Shown here in pieces: positions 38,401 through 52,270 of a stretch of DNA of 64,000 nucleotides. The stretch is from the NCBI RefSeq assembly GCF_036321535.1, contig NC_087436.1, positions 15,686,001-15,750,000 on the forward strand, in the 5' to 3' direction. The notes below the pieces were generated by a model. It was not told where the DNA came from, made no database searches, and saw only the letters and a list, made by a program, of their open reading frames with translations. Made by a program: the position numbers and the translations under genes. Position 1 is the stretch's first letter; each line of letters opens with the position of its first letter. Origin of the DNA: Camelus dromedarius (taxonomy: Eukaryota).

Positions 38401-39364
38401 GTGAGTAAAATCAGAAGTGGGAGGGGAGTCTAAACTCATCACAGGGTATCTTGAATGGTACTTTCTGTTTTATTTCCGGCACATCAGTATTGAGGTGTGT
38501 GCGTGCACATGTGTGCATATGCGTGTGTGTGCAGAGACAGGGAGAAACAGGCAGATGAAGAAACATGGAGCCGAGTAGGAGATGGAAATAGAAACAGAGA
38601 GGGAAGGGAAGGTACGGGATGGGAAGATGGAGACGTTGATTACTCTTACATGAGCCAGGAATAAGCGGGCTGGCACTAGGGACTCAACTATGTGGGAGGC
38701 TGGCTCCTTCCTCTGACAGGTGGGGATTCGAGCATTAGGAGGGTGGAGGGGAAACTTCTCAGAGGCCAAAAGTCACACAGCAGCCTCAGAAGGGCTCCTC
38801 AGATTGAACCTGCCCTGTGGGAGTGCCAGGAGAGGGGCCAGCCCTGGGGAGGACTCCAGCAGGAGCAGTAAACCCAGCCATATGTTGCAAAAATGTTTTC
38901 CTATAATCTTCATGGAACATCTTCCCTTGAGAATGCAAAGTTTTGTAAATAAAATACAACAGTTGTAAGTTTCCTGCCAAGATCAGGACAATTAGATTTT
39001 CCCAAGAGGCAGAGAGTATGTTCTCTTTCCTCACAGTGTTCAGATGGAGAGTGTGATGGTAAAGCTTATCTTTGATTTGCCAAACTAAGCTGCTCTGCTT
39101 GTCATTGATAAGGTTCCTTTTACTACTGTTTACTTATTTGAGTCGAAATTATGAACATATAAGCTTAATAGTATTTTCAAAAGGTTAGCTGTCACCTTAT
39201 AAATGTTTAAGGTGCATCAAAATGATACAAACTCTGTGATTCAAAACCCAGTTCTGCACAGCACAGGTGTATTCTAAATGATAACAAACACAAATTTATT
39301 AAATATCTATCATGCACACAACATTGTAACTGTCTGTAGCATGCCTCTTGTCCATAAGAAGGAG

Positions 39365-39580
39365 AAAGAAAAATGTTAGCATATACTGAACTTCTGCCGT
39401 GTTCCAAACCCTCTGCTAGATACCCAGACATACATTATTTAATTTAATACTCACAGTAACCCTCTGCAAGGTATCGTTGGCCCCACTTTGCAGATAAAGA
39501 AAATTAGACTGAGAGAAATCAATTGGTAACTTACTCATGTCATAGAACAATTTTCCAAAGCAGGAGTCACACTCAGTCCT
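39365..39580 (-). mobile_element. MIR SINE
   Basis: atttaatactcacagtaaccctctg...ccccactttgcagataaagaaa. Confidence 0.65.
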
Positions 39581-40239
39581 TTTATTCTACTAGTTTATTT
39601 TTCACCGTATGGTGTTGCTAACCCAACATTTTCATGAATCCTTAAACCAGGCAATGTATTAAAAACTTTTCAGGTCTTTCTAACTGTCATGTCATTTTCT
39701 TACTTAACCTTTTTGCTGTCAACAAGGTGCCGTGTAGGACAGGAATGGGTAGATCCAAAAGCAGTAAGCTGTTAAGGGCTGGAAACCATACAAGCCAAAG
39801 ACATACCACCTTTTGCAGAAGCTGCTAGATTCTATGGGGATGGCAACTTGGTTAATAATTGGTGAGAATTTATTCTGTGTCATCGCGCAGATAATTACAG
39901 TCATCATCAAGAAGGAAGGCCAGCAATACACATCAACATGAATACAGTGCCCTGCTTCATACTCAGCCTTTTCTGTTTCTTGATTTCTACCACTTCATTG
40001 CACAACAGTTAATTACTGAGGCAGTCTTCTAGCAAAATGTATAATTTGCTCGTCCCACCTGCCTTTAACCATCGCTCTTAACTGTGGAGTTATACTGAAC
40101 TAAACACTCTTATCTTCTTTTTAAACCTGCTCCTCTTCCTGTATTCTGCGCCTCCCTTAGTGACGCCCTCACACACCAGCCCTCCCTGAAGAATCCTGTA
40201 GATCATCCTTGAGCCCTCCTACCTGTCACACAGTGGCCA

Positions 40240-40445
40240 GTTGTTTGGACTTAGAGTCAGCCACTACCACTTGACTGCTGTGTGACCTTGAGCAGTTTAC
40301 TTACCCCCACACTGCCTCGGTTTCCTCATCTATAAAACATGATAATAATACTCCTCGTAGAGCTATTACAAGTATTAAACGTGCTTATGCAGGAAAGCCC
40401 TATCACACTGTCTGAACCATGGTAAGTGCTCATTAAGTAGGAGTT
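40240..40445 (+). mobile_element. MIR SINE within an L2 fragment (about 40030-40700)
   Basis: gctgtgtgaccttgagcagtttactt...tttcctcatctataaaa...gtaagtgctca. Confidence 0.7.
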
Positions 40446-40778
40446 GTTACTCTTACTTCTTGCCCTTCACATCCAAGTCAGTTGCCAAGTCCTGCTGGTT
40501 TTACCTTCTGATTAGCTTTTAAATCTTCCTCTTATCTCCAGCCCTCCTGCTACTGCCCCACTTTAGACCGTTAGGCCCAGATTCCTGCAGTGGCCTCCAG
40601 AACTGAGCCACTGCTTCTGCCCCAAACCCATCATCGTCCATACTGTGGTTACCCTAGAGTGGACACTGGACCTTGTTGCCTCTTTGCCTATTGCCCTCCA
40701 AAGGCCTTCGAGATCACCTCCGGATTCCTCAGTACGCAGAGGGATTTTTGTTTATTGATTTGGGCTCTGTGACTTTTT

Positions 40779-40958
40779 TTGAGAGGGGTAGCTACACGTT
40801 TTTTTGTATAACTGACCTACAGCAGTATGTTAGCTCCATGTGTACAGCCTAGCGATTCAGTATTTCAAAATGATCACCATGAGAAGTCTAGTTCCCATCT
40901 GTCGTCATACAAAGTTATTACAATATAATTGACCATGTCCTCCATGCTGTAAGGCGTC
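40779..40958 (-). mobile_element. Short retroposed L1-type tail with TSD
   Basis: TSD gtgacttttt (40769-40778, 40959-40968); L1 3'-like aaaatgatcaccat...atacaaagttattacaatat. Confidence 0.65.
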
Positions 40959-42749
40959 GTGACTTTTTGGTGGTATTTTCATGCATTGTCTTTGTAAATA
41001 AAGGATTATGGTCTCTTTGTGAAACCTTGCTTAATCATCCTAGCATCAGCCAGAGACTGGGGGAGGAACACAAGAGAGAGGAGAGAAACTCAAATATGTC
41101 TTTCCTTCTTTTTCTCTTTCCTCAAAAATAAAGAAAATCCAATAAAGTAGTTTCCATAAAATAAAGTTGCCTTATTAATCTCAGGAAATAGAGATCAGAA
41201 AATACCGAAGCTGTGAAAACATTGTAAAGATTAGAAAAATTATTAAAGGGAAACTCATAAAACAGGCAATTTAATATTGGATTCAATTCTTGGGTAGAAT
41301 GCCTTCCAGGTTAATGTAACGGGACTGAGAAGCATTAGCAATTCCTCTTCACACCTTTACAAATCATACCCAGTTGTCAAAAAAAAAGCAGAACGCTTCT
41401 GCTGTCAGCCCCATTACACAGACCAGAGTAATAGTTTAGCAGCCAATTTCTGCTATTAGCCGAACTCAAGGGAAAGAAATGAGAGAAAAGCAAGCCAAGG
41501 ATGGTGAAACCGATTATGATGACAAGCATGTTATTAGAGACAGGGAATGGACAGAAAACTGCGTGATCATCAGTGTGTTTCTCAACTCGATGACGGAAGA
41601 CCATGCGGATGCAGGTGTAAAGGGGCCTGCCTGCTCGGCAGCAGGTGTAGAGGAATTGGCATCGGTGTGAGGGGCTGGAAGGAGGGCAGAGGAAACACTG
41701 CAAACAAAAAGTAGGGAAAGAAGCCATTGACTTCCCTAAGATTTGGATAGGAGATTCTTCTGGAGATGTTTGTGTTTTTTTCTGTGGAAGCAAAAGCAAA
41801 CAGTCTGTGGTAGAGAAAATTATGACACTGCAGTTCTTAACCCTTTCTGGATCACAGAACTCTGAGAATTTGATTGGCCTATAAATCTTTTATCTCCCTT
41901 AAAAATAACCCTTTTGCTCATGTGTGCACAGTTGGAGGTAATTCCCAAAGCTTCAAGGGTCTATTCTTGCACCCCAGATTAAGGACTTCTACTACAGAAT
42001 ATTGGAAATAACCTTCAGTGGACTGCTTAGATAAAAATTTGGTGCATCCATACAGTGGAATATTGTGCAGTAACTAGAAATAGGCAGACTACCTGTTATC
42101 CCCTACTGCGGACCCACCTCCAAGATATTATTAGGTGAAAAATGCAAAGTATAGATAGTATTCATGGTATTTTAGCTACTGTTGGGATTAAAGCACATAC
42201 TTACATGCAAATATGCTATGTTTTTGGAAGATGTATAAAAAATTGGTAACAAAGATTGTGTTTTAATGAGGGAACTAGGTAGGCAGGAGAGGATGGGGGG
42301 ACCTGGTTTTCAAATAGCTGAACGTAAGCATAGTTAGGATGAAAGAAACTAAGAGTTACCTCTTCTCTTTGTCACAGAGGAAGAGCTGCCTCCCACACCG
42401 ATCCTCAGCCTACGATGAACAGAAAGTTAAAGAATAATAAAATATGATTTTTCTAAACAATTATATTATTCAAGGTTACAGATAAAGACTAATTATTATG
42501 AACTAAATCTGTCTAAATTAGACAAATCCAAAAGTATCTATCTGCATTATTTCCTATTAAATAGAATCACTGAGGAGTAATATCCAAAAAAGTTTTTATT
42601 TTTCTAGTTACTTTATGGAAAATGTTATGGCCATTATTGCCTTGGAAAAGCAACTAAAGGGACAAGAATTTGCATATTTCTTCTCTTTTTTCTTAGTGGT
42701 TTTTGTTCTGGTTTGTTTGGCAGCTTGATCTTACAACTTTTTTCTTGTG

Positions 42750-43345
42750 ATTGAGTTTGTTGGATTTTTTTTTACAGTTATTTGCTGTAACAAGTCAAAC
42801 AATACAAACATTTAGTAAAAGAAAAAATTAATCTCCCTCCAGTCCATTCAAATCCCCAGAATAACCAATGTGATGTGCGATGTGTTGTATGTCACTTTCT
42901 GTGCCTTTGGACCTTCCGAACCAAAGCTGACGAACATGTACACATATGTGCACTTTTTCCTGCTTTTTATGAAAATGTTTATCCTGGTACCCGTTACTCA
43001 GCAGCTTGCTTTTTTCATTTACTAATGAGATTTCAGGACTTCTCTTCAGGCCAGCAGGTCTAAGTCTACCTCCTTGTTTCCTTGTTCCTGCCTGACAGTC
43101 CCTAGTATGAATGCAGCATAGTTGGGTCAACACTTCCCGTACTGATGGTAATTCAGGTGGTCTTGTTTTTTATTTGGAGGGTTTGGGGGGGTTTTTGCCA
43201 CTACAAAAAAAAAAAAAAAAGCTGCAGTAAACACTCTCAAACATGTTCAGTTCTACTAGTGCTTTTATAAAATCTGAAGAATAAATTTCCAAAAGTGGGA
43301 CTACTGGTTTAAAGGTTATGAACTTTAAACATACTAACAGTATCA
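42750..43345 (-). mobile_element. Old L1ME-like fragment
   Basis: tactgatggtaattcaggtgg...gctgcagtaaaca...ataaatttccaaaagtgggactactgg. Confidence 0.6.
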
Positions 43346-45993
43346 ATGATCCAGTTTCCCGCCTGGCAGGGCCTGGAGTTCCCAAACGTAAGGTGCCATC
43401 CTTGCTTTGTATGTCACCCACTTATATTTCTGTTGGGAAAAAACAAAAATGCCCCTCTCATCAAAAGACTTAAAAAGTCAACATACTGTGTAGCTAGAGA
43501 GAGACCTGCACTCCATCATCAAGATGGAAAACAGGCCTCTGGCTCCACCTTCTTACTGAAGTGATGCTGTTTGTTCTCCCCGCTGATCTGCACGCCTCTC
43601 TTGGACTGCAGCCCGGGACAGCATGCAGACGGAGAGGCCGATGCCGAGCCACTGACTCAGTGAGCACAGCTGGGGGGTGTCATTAAACAGATCCACTCCT
43701 GCCAAACAGCCGCAGTGCCGGAACACGAAGACGTCCTTGCTCCACTGTATTGGGAAAGATTTTCTTTTTTCCTGGAGACATGTATAGTAGAACTTTCTGA
43801 GTGCCCTTATTAAAGAGCAGCAAATGATATTAAAAATAAAGACCAAAAAAGAAAGTGGGTAGCTAGGACACTTGGAATACTTTGTATTTAAGTTGTATCT
43901 ATGCTACTTCAGTTTAAATCCTGCAGGTTTGAAAAAAAAGAAAATGACTGGACCCTTTAATTCCATTGGTGAGACCTGCAGGATTGGGAGCGGGGGTTCT
44001 CTGAGGCCAGCCTTCCAAGAACACTGAGTAGCCTCTTTTCTCCTTTCCCTACCCAACCCTTGTTTGTGTTCTCACTCCTGGAATGTGAGAGAGAGAGTGT
44101 AGGTGGGACACTGGCTTGGGAAACTCTTTGCTCTGTTCACTGAAGTGTTCCCAGCACCTAGAACAGCATTTGATGTGTAACAGACACCCGGTCAATACCC
44201 AATGAACAAGAGTGGAAAAGCTCGTTACAAAGAAATAGATACAAAAAGACCTTGTTCTTGTTTTTCAAAGTACCTGCATAATAATACATGTGATATAGAA
44301 AATAAAAATCTGTAGACAGATACAGCGAACTTTAGATAATAGTTATTACTGGAGCGATGGGAATACAGGAGATTTTCTATCATATACTTCTTAATGGTTC
44401 CCATTTTTACAATAAATATTACTTCTGAAGTAAAAAATAATGCTATAACAAAGTAAAGAATTAAAGAATTTGGTTAGACCTAAGAGAAGGAGCTTTGTTT
44501 GTTTTGTTGGGACATAGGTTACAGTGGAAGACAGTGATATTATTACAAGAGCCTTTTTTGAACATTTGATATTGTTTTGATGTTGAGTTGGTTTCTTGAA
44601 CTTAGACAAGACTTGCCTCACTTATGAGCTGATAGGTTTCCATAAAGGGGTCATCTAATTGGTTTCTTTTTCAGTAGCCTAATAATTATTCTACCGAGAA
44701 TGCCATGTTGGGGTTCTTCTGAATAATAAACTTAAAATGGGATTGTACTTTACCATCACATCTCCCCACCTCACACCATTACCAGCATGTGGTAGACAGA
44801 CACATAAGAGCAAGTGGCCAGTGAGTGTGTGAGGCTCTGTAGGAGGTTTGGCGGGTGGGTTGCCTGAGAGCTAGGTAGAGGTGAAGGGCAGGTATCAGGG
44901 AGCTGAAAAGCCTTCTGATCCTCAGCCCAGCTCTTCACATATCCTGAAAAGAGCTGGTCAGCAAAAAGTGGTTATTGAATTGCAGCTCATAACAGGCAGG
45001 ACACGAATACTGCTCTTCACAGGCTCTGCGAAGTGTGCTGTGTTACAGAGAGTATCTCCCTACAGGCGAGATCCTCAGAACAGGTGCAGAATATGGCACA
45101 TGTTCATTCTGCCTCTTGCTGAATAAAGGCAGAAGCAGCATCATGAGAGCCTGTGTGCTGTAAAAAATATGCGCTATATGCAGTATTTGACTTTATTTTT
45201 ACTAATCTGTTTATTTTTAGACTTCTTTTAAAACTTTTATAGCCATTTTCCCAAATGACTGAAAAAACATTTACATTAAAGAAAAAAAGACTGTTTCTTT
45301 AAGTAAAAGAGTTTGGTGGTAATGCTTTTGTTTAAAACACTCTCCCTAAGCACATACTGTCCATTTTAAATGAACAGGTTAAGATGGAGAAATGCCAAGT
45401 CATATATCCTTGCCTCCGAGTTAAATATTTGAAGGGAGATGGCTTATCTTATTTTGAGGATGAAACGTGTTTCATTTGCATGTCAGTGGAATAAATCTGA
45501 GACTACAGAACACCCCCCCATCCACCCCGCCTCCACCACGCCCAGTGCTGGGTGGGACTAAGCTGGTGAGCCCTGAGGAGAGGGTTTCCAGTACAGGCAC
45601 AGGAACGTGGGGGCAGAGAGACATTCCTTCCTGGGGGACCTGGGGGGCTTCACAATAGGGGGAAAATTGGCTCCTTGTTTCAATTGCCCCTCGTCAGGTG
45701 GACATTTATGAAATGATTGCACTCCTGTGAAAGATAGCTTCTGCATAATTGAAGATTGTCCTGGCTCTCTCTCATCAGAGAGGAAGAAAAGCCATATGAA
45801 TTATTTACAGAGCACCAAGTTATTCCCTTTCATGAGCCCTGACTTTGTTTTTGTCTCTGCAAACTGAGATTTTATTTATCCATGAATAGTTTTCCCTAGG
45901 GCATGAAAAATATGACTCTTTAATTATGAATACAGTTTTTTGTTTGAGTCCGTGTTAACCAAAACATGCAAAATAAACTGTGTTTCTCATTAG

Positions 45994-46101
45994 ATCCCTT
46001 TCAGCTCCCCACAAAAACAGAACCAATAAAGGAACGAGCAGTTCAACCAGCACCCACCAGGAAGCCCACTGTGATTCGAATTCCAGCCAAACCAGGAAAA
46101 T
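45994..46101 (+). CDS. SH3D19: SH3D19 exon (108 nt, symmetric phase 1->1), DPFQLP...IPAKPGK
   Basis: ttctcattag| acceptor and T|gtaagc donor; ORF 45966..46223. Confidence 0.93.
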
Positions 46102-47384
46102 GTAAGCACTTCTCTGCTTCGTTTATTTGCTTCTCCAGGAGCCTGGGAGAAATATATGCTAATTTATCAGTGTCTGCTTTTGAAATTGTGTGTAATCCAG
46201 CCATTTGTTATTATTATTCATAATCGAGGACATTTAAAAGCAAGCTGTTTTTTCACAGCTATTTAGACAATTACAGTAAATTTGGATTTCGCTTCTCTTT
46301 AAACATCGTCGTTTGGCAGAGGGAATAGAGGAAAGTTGAAATTCAGAACAATTGTAGTGTCCTGTGTTGGTGCCAGTGGTAAAGATATGTTTAGAAAGTA
46401 ATTGAAACTGATAGCAAATAAAGTTGTTTATGTCTATCAGGAGTACATTATTCCAATCAGCATAATCTAAATATAGCTATGTGTGAATTGTGTTAAGAGC
46501 AATAACCAAAAGTTATAAAGACGTTAACAATGTATAAAAATATTTTTAAACTGGTGTAACACTACATTTTGATATACTTCCTTGACTTTTTAATGGTACA
46601 ATAAATAAAATTTTGTATTTTGTATTTGTATAATGCAGATAAATCTGATACTATCGTAAGAGAGAAGCAAAGAGGGCCAGAACTATTTATCTTAGACCCT
46701 GGAGATTAATAAAAAGTGTGTGCGTGTGTATGCACATGAATTCACACACAGTGGGTTCCAGAGCAGTTCCCAGCGTTGCTCAGGTGGTCACACAGCTTTC
46801 TCCGTGAGCCTCTGCTTCCGTCTCCTTTCATTCAGTGCTTCTGCATCCTCTCCTTTGTCTAAGAGGAGATTCTGCCGCTCCGTTCCTCCCAACAGCAGGG
46901 CAGGTGTGTCGTGGTCTCTGACCTGCAGTTTCCCAGGGTTATACTGCAGGCCTGCCCTGGAATGCCGTGAAGCCCCTTTGGTTTAGGGGTTTGGTTCTCT
47001 ATAAAAGACTACCCAGAAAGATTGCATTGGTTTTAGTCTCTTGATTAATTTGATACCTCTAAGCCAAGTAGTGAGAAGATAGAATGGAGTTTCCATGACG
47101 AATGAGGAGGAAAGTCTAGGGGACCAAATTCTAGTGGGTTCTTGCATCTTAGGAGGTTATATGGTAGTGTTAGACCAAAGAACTGGTGGCAAGTTTCTTT
47201 GGGAAGGATTATATAGCCCACAAATCAGTGACATGAGAGCTCACTGGGCTGTCTGCCTGCTTGCTGTTACCTTGTTAAATGTATTTGGAGTTTTTTAATA
47301 GGCATCGTGAGATACATGATAATAAATGTTGCCCGAAGCTCATGTGGCTTTAAGTAGTACAACTTTTACATTGAGGCATTCTCC

Positions 47385-47909
47385 TGTTATGTCCCCAAGA
47401 CCCTCCCCCTCGAGTTTCATGGTTCCCTAGGAGGGTTCACAGGACTTCACATATAGTTGCGTTTGCGGCTGTGATTTATCACACAAAAGTGTGCAAAGCA
47501 AAATCAGCAAAGGGAAAAGGTGGAGGAGGCAAAGTCTAGAGGAAACTAGGTACATGCAGGCTTCTAAGAGTCCTCTCCCAGTACCTCCCTGCCCCCAGCA
47601 ACCAGCTGTGACAATGTGTGTGAAATGTTGTCAAACAGAGATGCTCCTTCAGAGATTCAACACCCAGGGTTTCTACTGAGGGCTAGTTGCATGGGCACCT
47701 CCAGGAATTTGGGCACATACCAAAATTTCAGACTCCCAGGAGGAAAGCAAGTGTTCAGCATAAACCGTATTCTTTTGTTGCACCAGCTCTAGAGTTGGTG
47801 GGAACCTTCCCTAAGTTCAAGTTCCTATGTGCCAGCAAGGACCAAGCTTGTAAGCAGGCCTTTCTAAGGATGAACACTCAAGTCTGCATTGTTGACTCTT
47901 CTCTGCACA
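47385..47909. mobile_element. MER21-like LTR
   Basis: tg...ca termini; gtccccaagacc..., caaagcaaaatcagcaaagggaaaagg, ...ttgactcttctctgcaca. Confidence 0.75.
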
Positions 47910-49283
47910 CTTAGAAATTGGATTAGTAGTCCTGAAATCCTGAGGATATATTGAGGAAGTACCTTTAACTTGATATTCTGACAAGGCTCCAGGAACTATT
48001 AGAAAGCTGAGTTCTATACTGCTCTGGGTAAGAGAACTCAAGTGCCAGTTCCTAGAGAATTATTTCTATTTATATCAAAAACCAGTTCCCCAGAATTTTA
48101 CTATTACAACCATTAAGCAATGCATACATGCTGTAGAGGAGAAGAAATAAGACTTTTGGCGTCTGAAGAACTTGGAATGGACAGGGAAGAAAGGAACAGC
48201 TATGTGGTGCCAAACTCCTTGCTTTTCTGTGAACCTGTCAGCTTCTTACCCTGGGGACCTGTTTCTTGTGACTCGGATGTCTTTTCCCCAGGGGCCTGCG
48301 TGGCTCCCTTCTTCACTGCTCCTTGAGGTCTTTGCACAAATGCCACATTTCTCATTGATATCCCCGCTGATCACATTGTTTGACACTGAAATCTCTACCC
48401 ACCCCACATACCCCGCCGGATAGTTACTGTGCCCTGTCCTTCCGGTAAGCTATCTCTTCTCTATTTTCATACTATTACTCCTTTCACCCTTCAGTTGTTT
48501 GCAACAACAATGTTATATCCTGAGTGATTCATTATTTCCTTGTAAGAATAAGGAAACTGCAGCACAGAGAAAATCTTCAAGATGGTGACTGAGCTGGACC
48601 ATCCCTGTGTGTGTTGTAATTTCCCGAGCAGTCCTGCCTCTCCCTAAGAACGTTTGTCTGTCTCTGAATCATTGTTTTCTGAGGCGCTGACCTGGGTATT
48701 TTCCTCCTTTTGAGAGTGTTTTCCTGTCTGTGGATAAAACAGGAATCTGAAAAATCATCCTCGTGTTACAGGTTTTTCACGTGAAATGGAAGCAGAGAGT
48801 GTTCATTTCAAAGAATAGGAAAAATTCCCATCTCCTATAAATGCCTAAACCAGTAGAAGGTGGCTTTAGCCTTCTGTAGTATGTTATCATCATCCTGTCT
48901 CCAAGTGTTTTGCACACAGATTTTAATTAGCTGTCACTAATTAAATCTGGTCATCTTTGTTTTCTTCTCTTTAAAATAAGGTGGGAGTGTACTCTCTCTC
49001 AGTTAAGGATGTAGTTTGGATGTAAAGGTATTGTTTGTTAAAATGGGGGCAGTTAAGCCTATTAATCTGAAGCTAATGAATAAGAAAACACATGTAATTA
49101 TTGGGATGGGAGGGGGTTGGAAACACCACCTGTTAGGAAGCAGCGTGCCTTATTACCATGAGCACAGGCTTTTAGGTTCAAACCCCTGATCTGACCATTA
49201 CTAGCATTAAGACCTTGGCTAGATCATTTATTTTCTTGCCTTCAGTTTCTTCATCTGTAAAATGGGTAGGATGTTATCTAGCA

Positions 49284-49494
49284 TAATGCTGTCCCAATAG
49301 GACTTTCTGCTAAGACGCAAATGTTTTATATCTGTGCTGTCCAGTATGGTAGCCACTAGCCACATGTAGCTACTGAGGGCTTGGAATGTGGCTAGTGCAA
49401 CTAAGGAACTGAAACTTGAAGTTTATTTAACTTTAATTAATTAAGATTTAAGTTTAAATTGCCACATGTGGCTGCTAGCTTGTAGGCTGAACAG
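49284..49494. mobile_element. MER3-like hAT-Charlie MITE inserted into a MIR (about 49140-49600)
   Basis: gctgtccagtatggtagccactagccacatg; exact 8-bp TSD atctagca (49276-49283, 49495-49502). Confidence 0.88.
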
Positions 49495-49846
49495 ATCTAG
49501 CACTTAGACAGCTGTTGGTTGGAGAAATGTGTGTGAATGAAGTGCCTTAACTTAATGCCTGACACACAGAAGGTTCTCAACAAATGCTAGATGCTGTTGT
49601 AATTATTTAGCATTATTTTTACTCTCTATAAAACATTCAAAAAAATACTTGGTAAAGTTAACCATTGCCTACTAACCCATAATTTTCTGAGGGTTGCCAG
49701 GAGCTCTTTCTCATTTGTTTAGCTATCCATTCTTTGAATGGATCTTTTTGCAATAGCCATTTTCCTAAGGAATGAAGCTGCAATCGTTTCATCCTTTGAA
49801 TTCCTTAAGACTAGAAGTTACTGAAGAATTACTGCTGTCTTTCTAG

Positions 49847-49962
49847 GTTTACATGAGGAGGATCCACAAAGCCCACCTCCTCTCCCTACTGAAAAGCCTA
49901 TTGGAAACACTTACAGCACAGTGTCTGGAAAACTCAGTAATGTTGACAGAACCAGAAACTTG
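49847..49962 (+). CDS. SH3D19: SH3D19 exon (116 nt, phase 1->0), CLHEEDPQSPPPLP...DRTRNL
   Basis: gtctttctag| acceptor and TTG|gtaagt donor; open in frame. Confidence 0.92.
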
Positions 49963-50722
49963 GTAAGTGGTCATTATAGATTATTTTAGGTTGAAGACTA
50001 AACTACTCACTAATTTTAAATATTTAGCTGATGTCTAAATTTTTTTACTATTGGTCAGATTTTTAAAAAAAAACCTTTATTATAAACCAATTGCTAAGCC
50101 CCATGTACTTATCCAATATTTTAAAAATCCCCATAGAATAAAAGAACTAAGCTAATTTATTGTATTTCATTATAAAACTATTTTTCCTATATCAGTATAA
50201 GGCATTATCTTTTAAATGCCACTAATAATGAGGAAGTTATTGAAAATCTCCAAAAATCTTTAATTTTTGTGGAAATAGATTTAGTTCAATTATCAGTATT
50301 TAAAATACCCAATTAGTGACATAATTTTAAGAGATTATCATAAGAATCTGTTCATCTGAAATTTAAGGGAGAATTATTTTCTAAATTTAAAAAAATAGTT
50401 CTGTATCATATACTTGTCAACAGACGGTAGTCAAAAAATTTTAAATATATGTACTTTAAAAAAGAAATTTCAACCTCAATATTATTTCCCCATACTTTTT
50501 GAAATTCCCATATGATTATCTTTAAGGTTTGTTTCAAAAGAAACCAGTTCTTAAAGTCTCTGAGCCAAATTTCCAGTTCAAATTTCATAATGGTTTTACA
50601 TTGTGCATTAACTATGCTTATTATACATGCAAACCCATCTAATCATCTAGTGAAGAGAAATTTCTTTGAAGGAGACATTAAATTGAATTAGCCAATATCA
50701 AGTTAATGAGATTTTCCTTTAG

Positions 50723-52270
50723 GCTGAATTAAAATTTAGTGATCACTTGCATTTCAAAGTGCTTGGTAATAAATTTTTATCGAAACTGGGCCAAGAAAAC
50801 GCAAAAGAGGATGATAGGGCTCCTACCATGCTATCATTGAATGGGAGAACCCCCAGATTTCCATGGAAAAGTTACTTGAGCAGGTTACTGGCTTCTACTC
50901 TGTAAAAGACAATGAGAGGATGATGCGTGGGCACATAGACCATCATTTACTCATGTAATGGCCTTTATAAACCATAAAGCTCTGTTAAAATATTATTACA
51001 TTTGGTGTTAAGCAGTCCACAAAGCAACTCCAACATTTAAAAAAAGAAACAAGAAAAGGAAGTTAGAATAAACTAAACCATCTGGAGAGGTACTATATTC
51101 ATAACTGTTTGTACCTCACATGAACAACACAAGGAAAATCCTGTCCTGCACTGTTTACAAAGGTAGGGTGGTCAAAGCATTCTGTGATGTCCTCTAATAA
51201 ATACATACCATAATAGACACACTGGGTCTGAAGGAAGAAGAGATGAGAAACAGATCACAAAGTAAATGATTTGGCTGAAGTCACGCACATGGATTTCCAG
51301 GGCCAAAAAGTCAAATCTACGCCTGAGAAATTCCTTTTGTTTTGAGAGTTACAATTACGGAATGGATTTTAGACCAGAGGCCACAAAGGCTTTAGGTGTG
51401 GGAGAGGGTCTCCAGAAAGAATATTTCATGAGTATAATGACCCGTGAGAACAAGCATGGTCTTTGACAATCGTGTCTCCTGATGAGGCATAGGACAAAGC
51501 CTTCTTCTATGTCTCCAGCCTTGAGTGCCAGGGAACTTTCCATCACAGGACAAGTAGTTGCAAAATCTCATGTTCTTCAGTTAAATGGTGAGGATCTTCA
51601 GGGTGAGGAATGTTGGGAGCCACTGGAGCCATTCTGTCAGCAGGAGAAGACACTTCTGAGTGCCCTGCTGCCCACTGTGGAAACCCAAGGCTCCCAAAGC
51701 CTCCCCCAAGGAAGGCAGGAATGGAGCCAGGAGACGCAGCCCAGTAGGTGTAAGGAATCAAAGCCGTAGCACGGGAGCTGCTGAATCCAGGACATGAGAA
51801 GGGGTACCAATTCCTAGAGAAAGAAGAGAAGAAACATCTGCAGAGGTGCTTAGTGATTCCAACAGAAAAGAATGTGGTCTTGGAAGAAATATCTGTCGTT
51901 TGAAAATACAGCAAAAAAAAAAAAAAAAAAACCTGGAGAATTATTTTGAAATTAGACTATAAGAAACCATTTCAAAGAAGATGAACAAAATGATGGCACC
52001 TGCAGGGAAATACAAGCAGAAAAACCAACTTCACCAGGACCTACAATGCTTATCCAAACATATCAAAAGCCAAAGTTCAGGGATGTCACAGCTAGAGAAA
52101 AACTACAAAAAGCAGATACAGAGGAGCTTCATTCATGTGTGGAATGTTGAAGAGCAGGAAATCCCTAATCCATAATCTCCCAAAAGACTGTTGGCAGGAC
52201 CCATGCACAGACCTGGACTTGAGCAAACACTGAGATCGTGGCTTCTGCAGGAACCGGTCCCCTGTCCTTA
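50723..52270 (+). pseudogene. Putative decayed (fossil) large coding exon within an SH3D19 intron
   Basis: Good acceptor ttttcctttag|G in phase 0 followed by 60 open codons. Further stop/frameshift-broken protein-like segments follow (PKPPPRK, a 64-codon stretch at 51956-52147, EPVPCP), ending at a degenerate phase-2 donor. I recognise no TE here. Confidence 0.45.
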
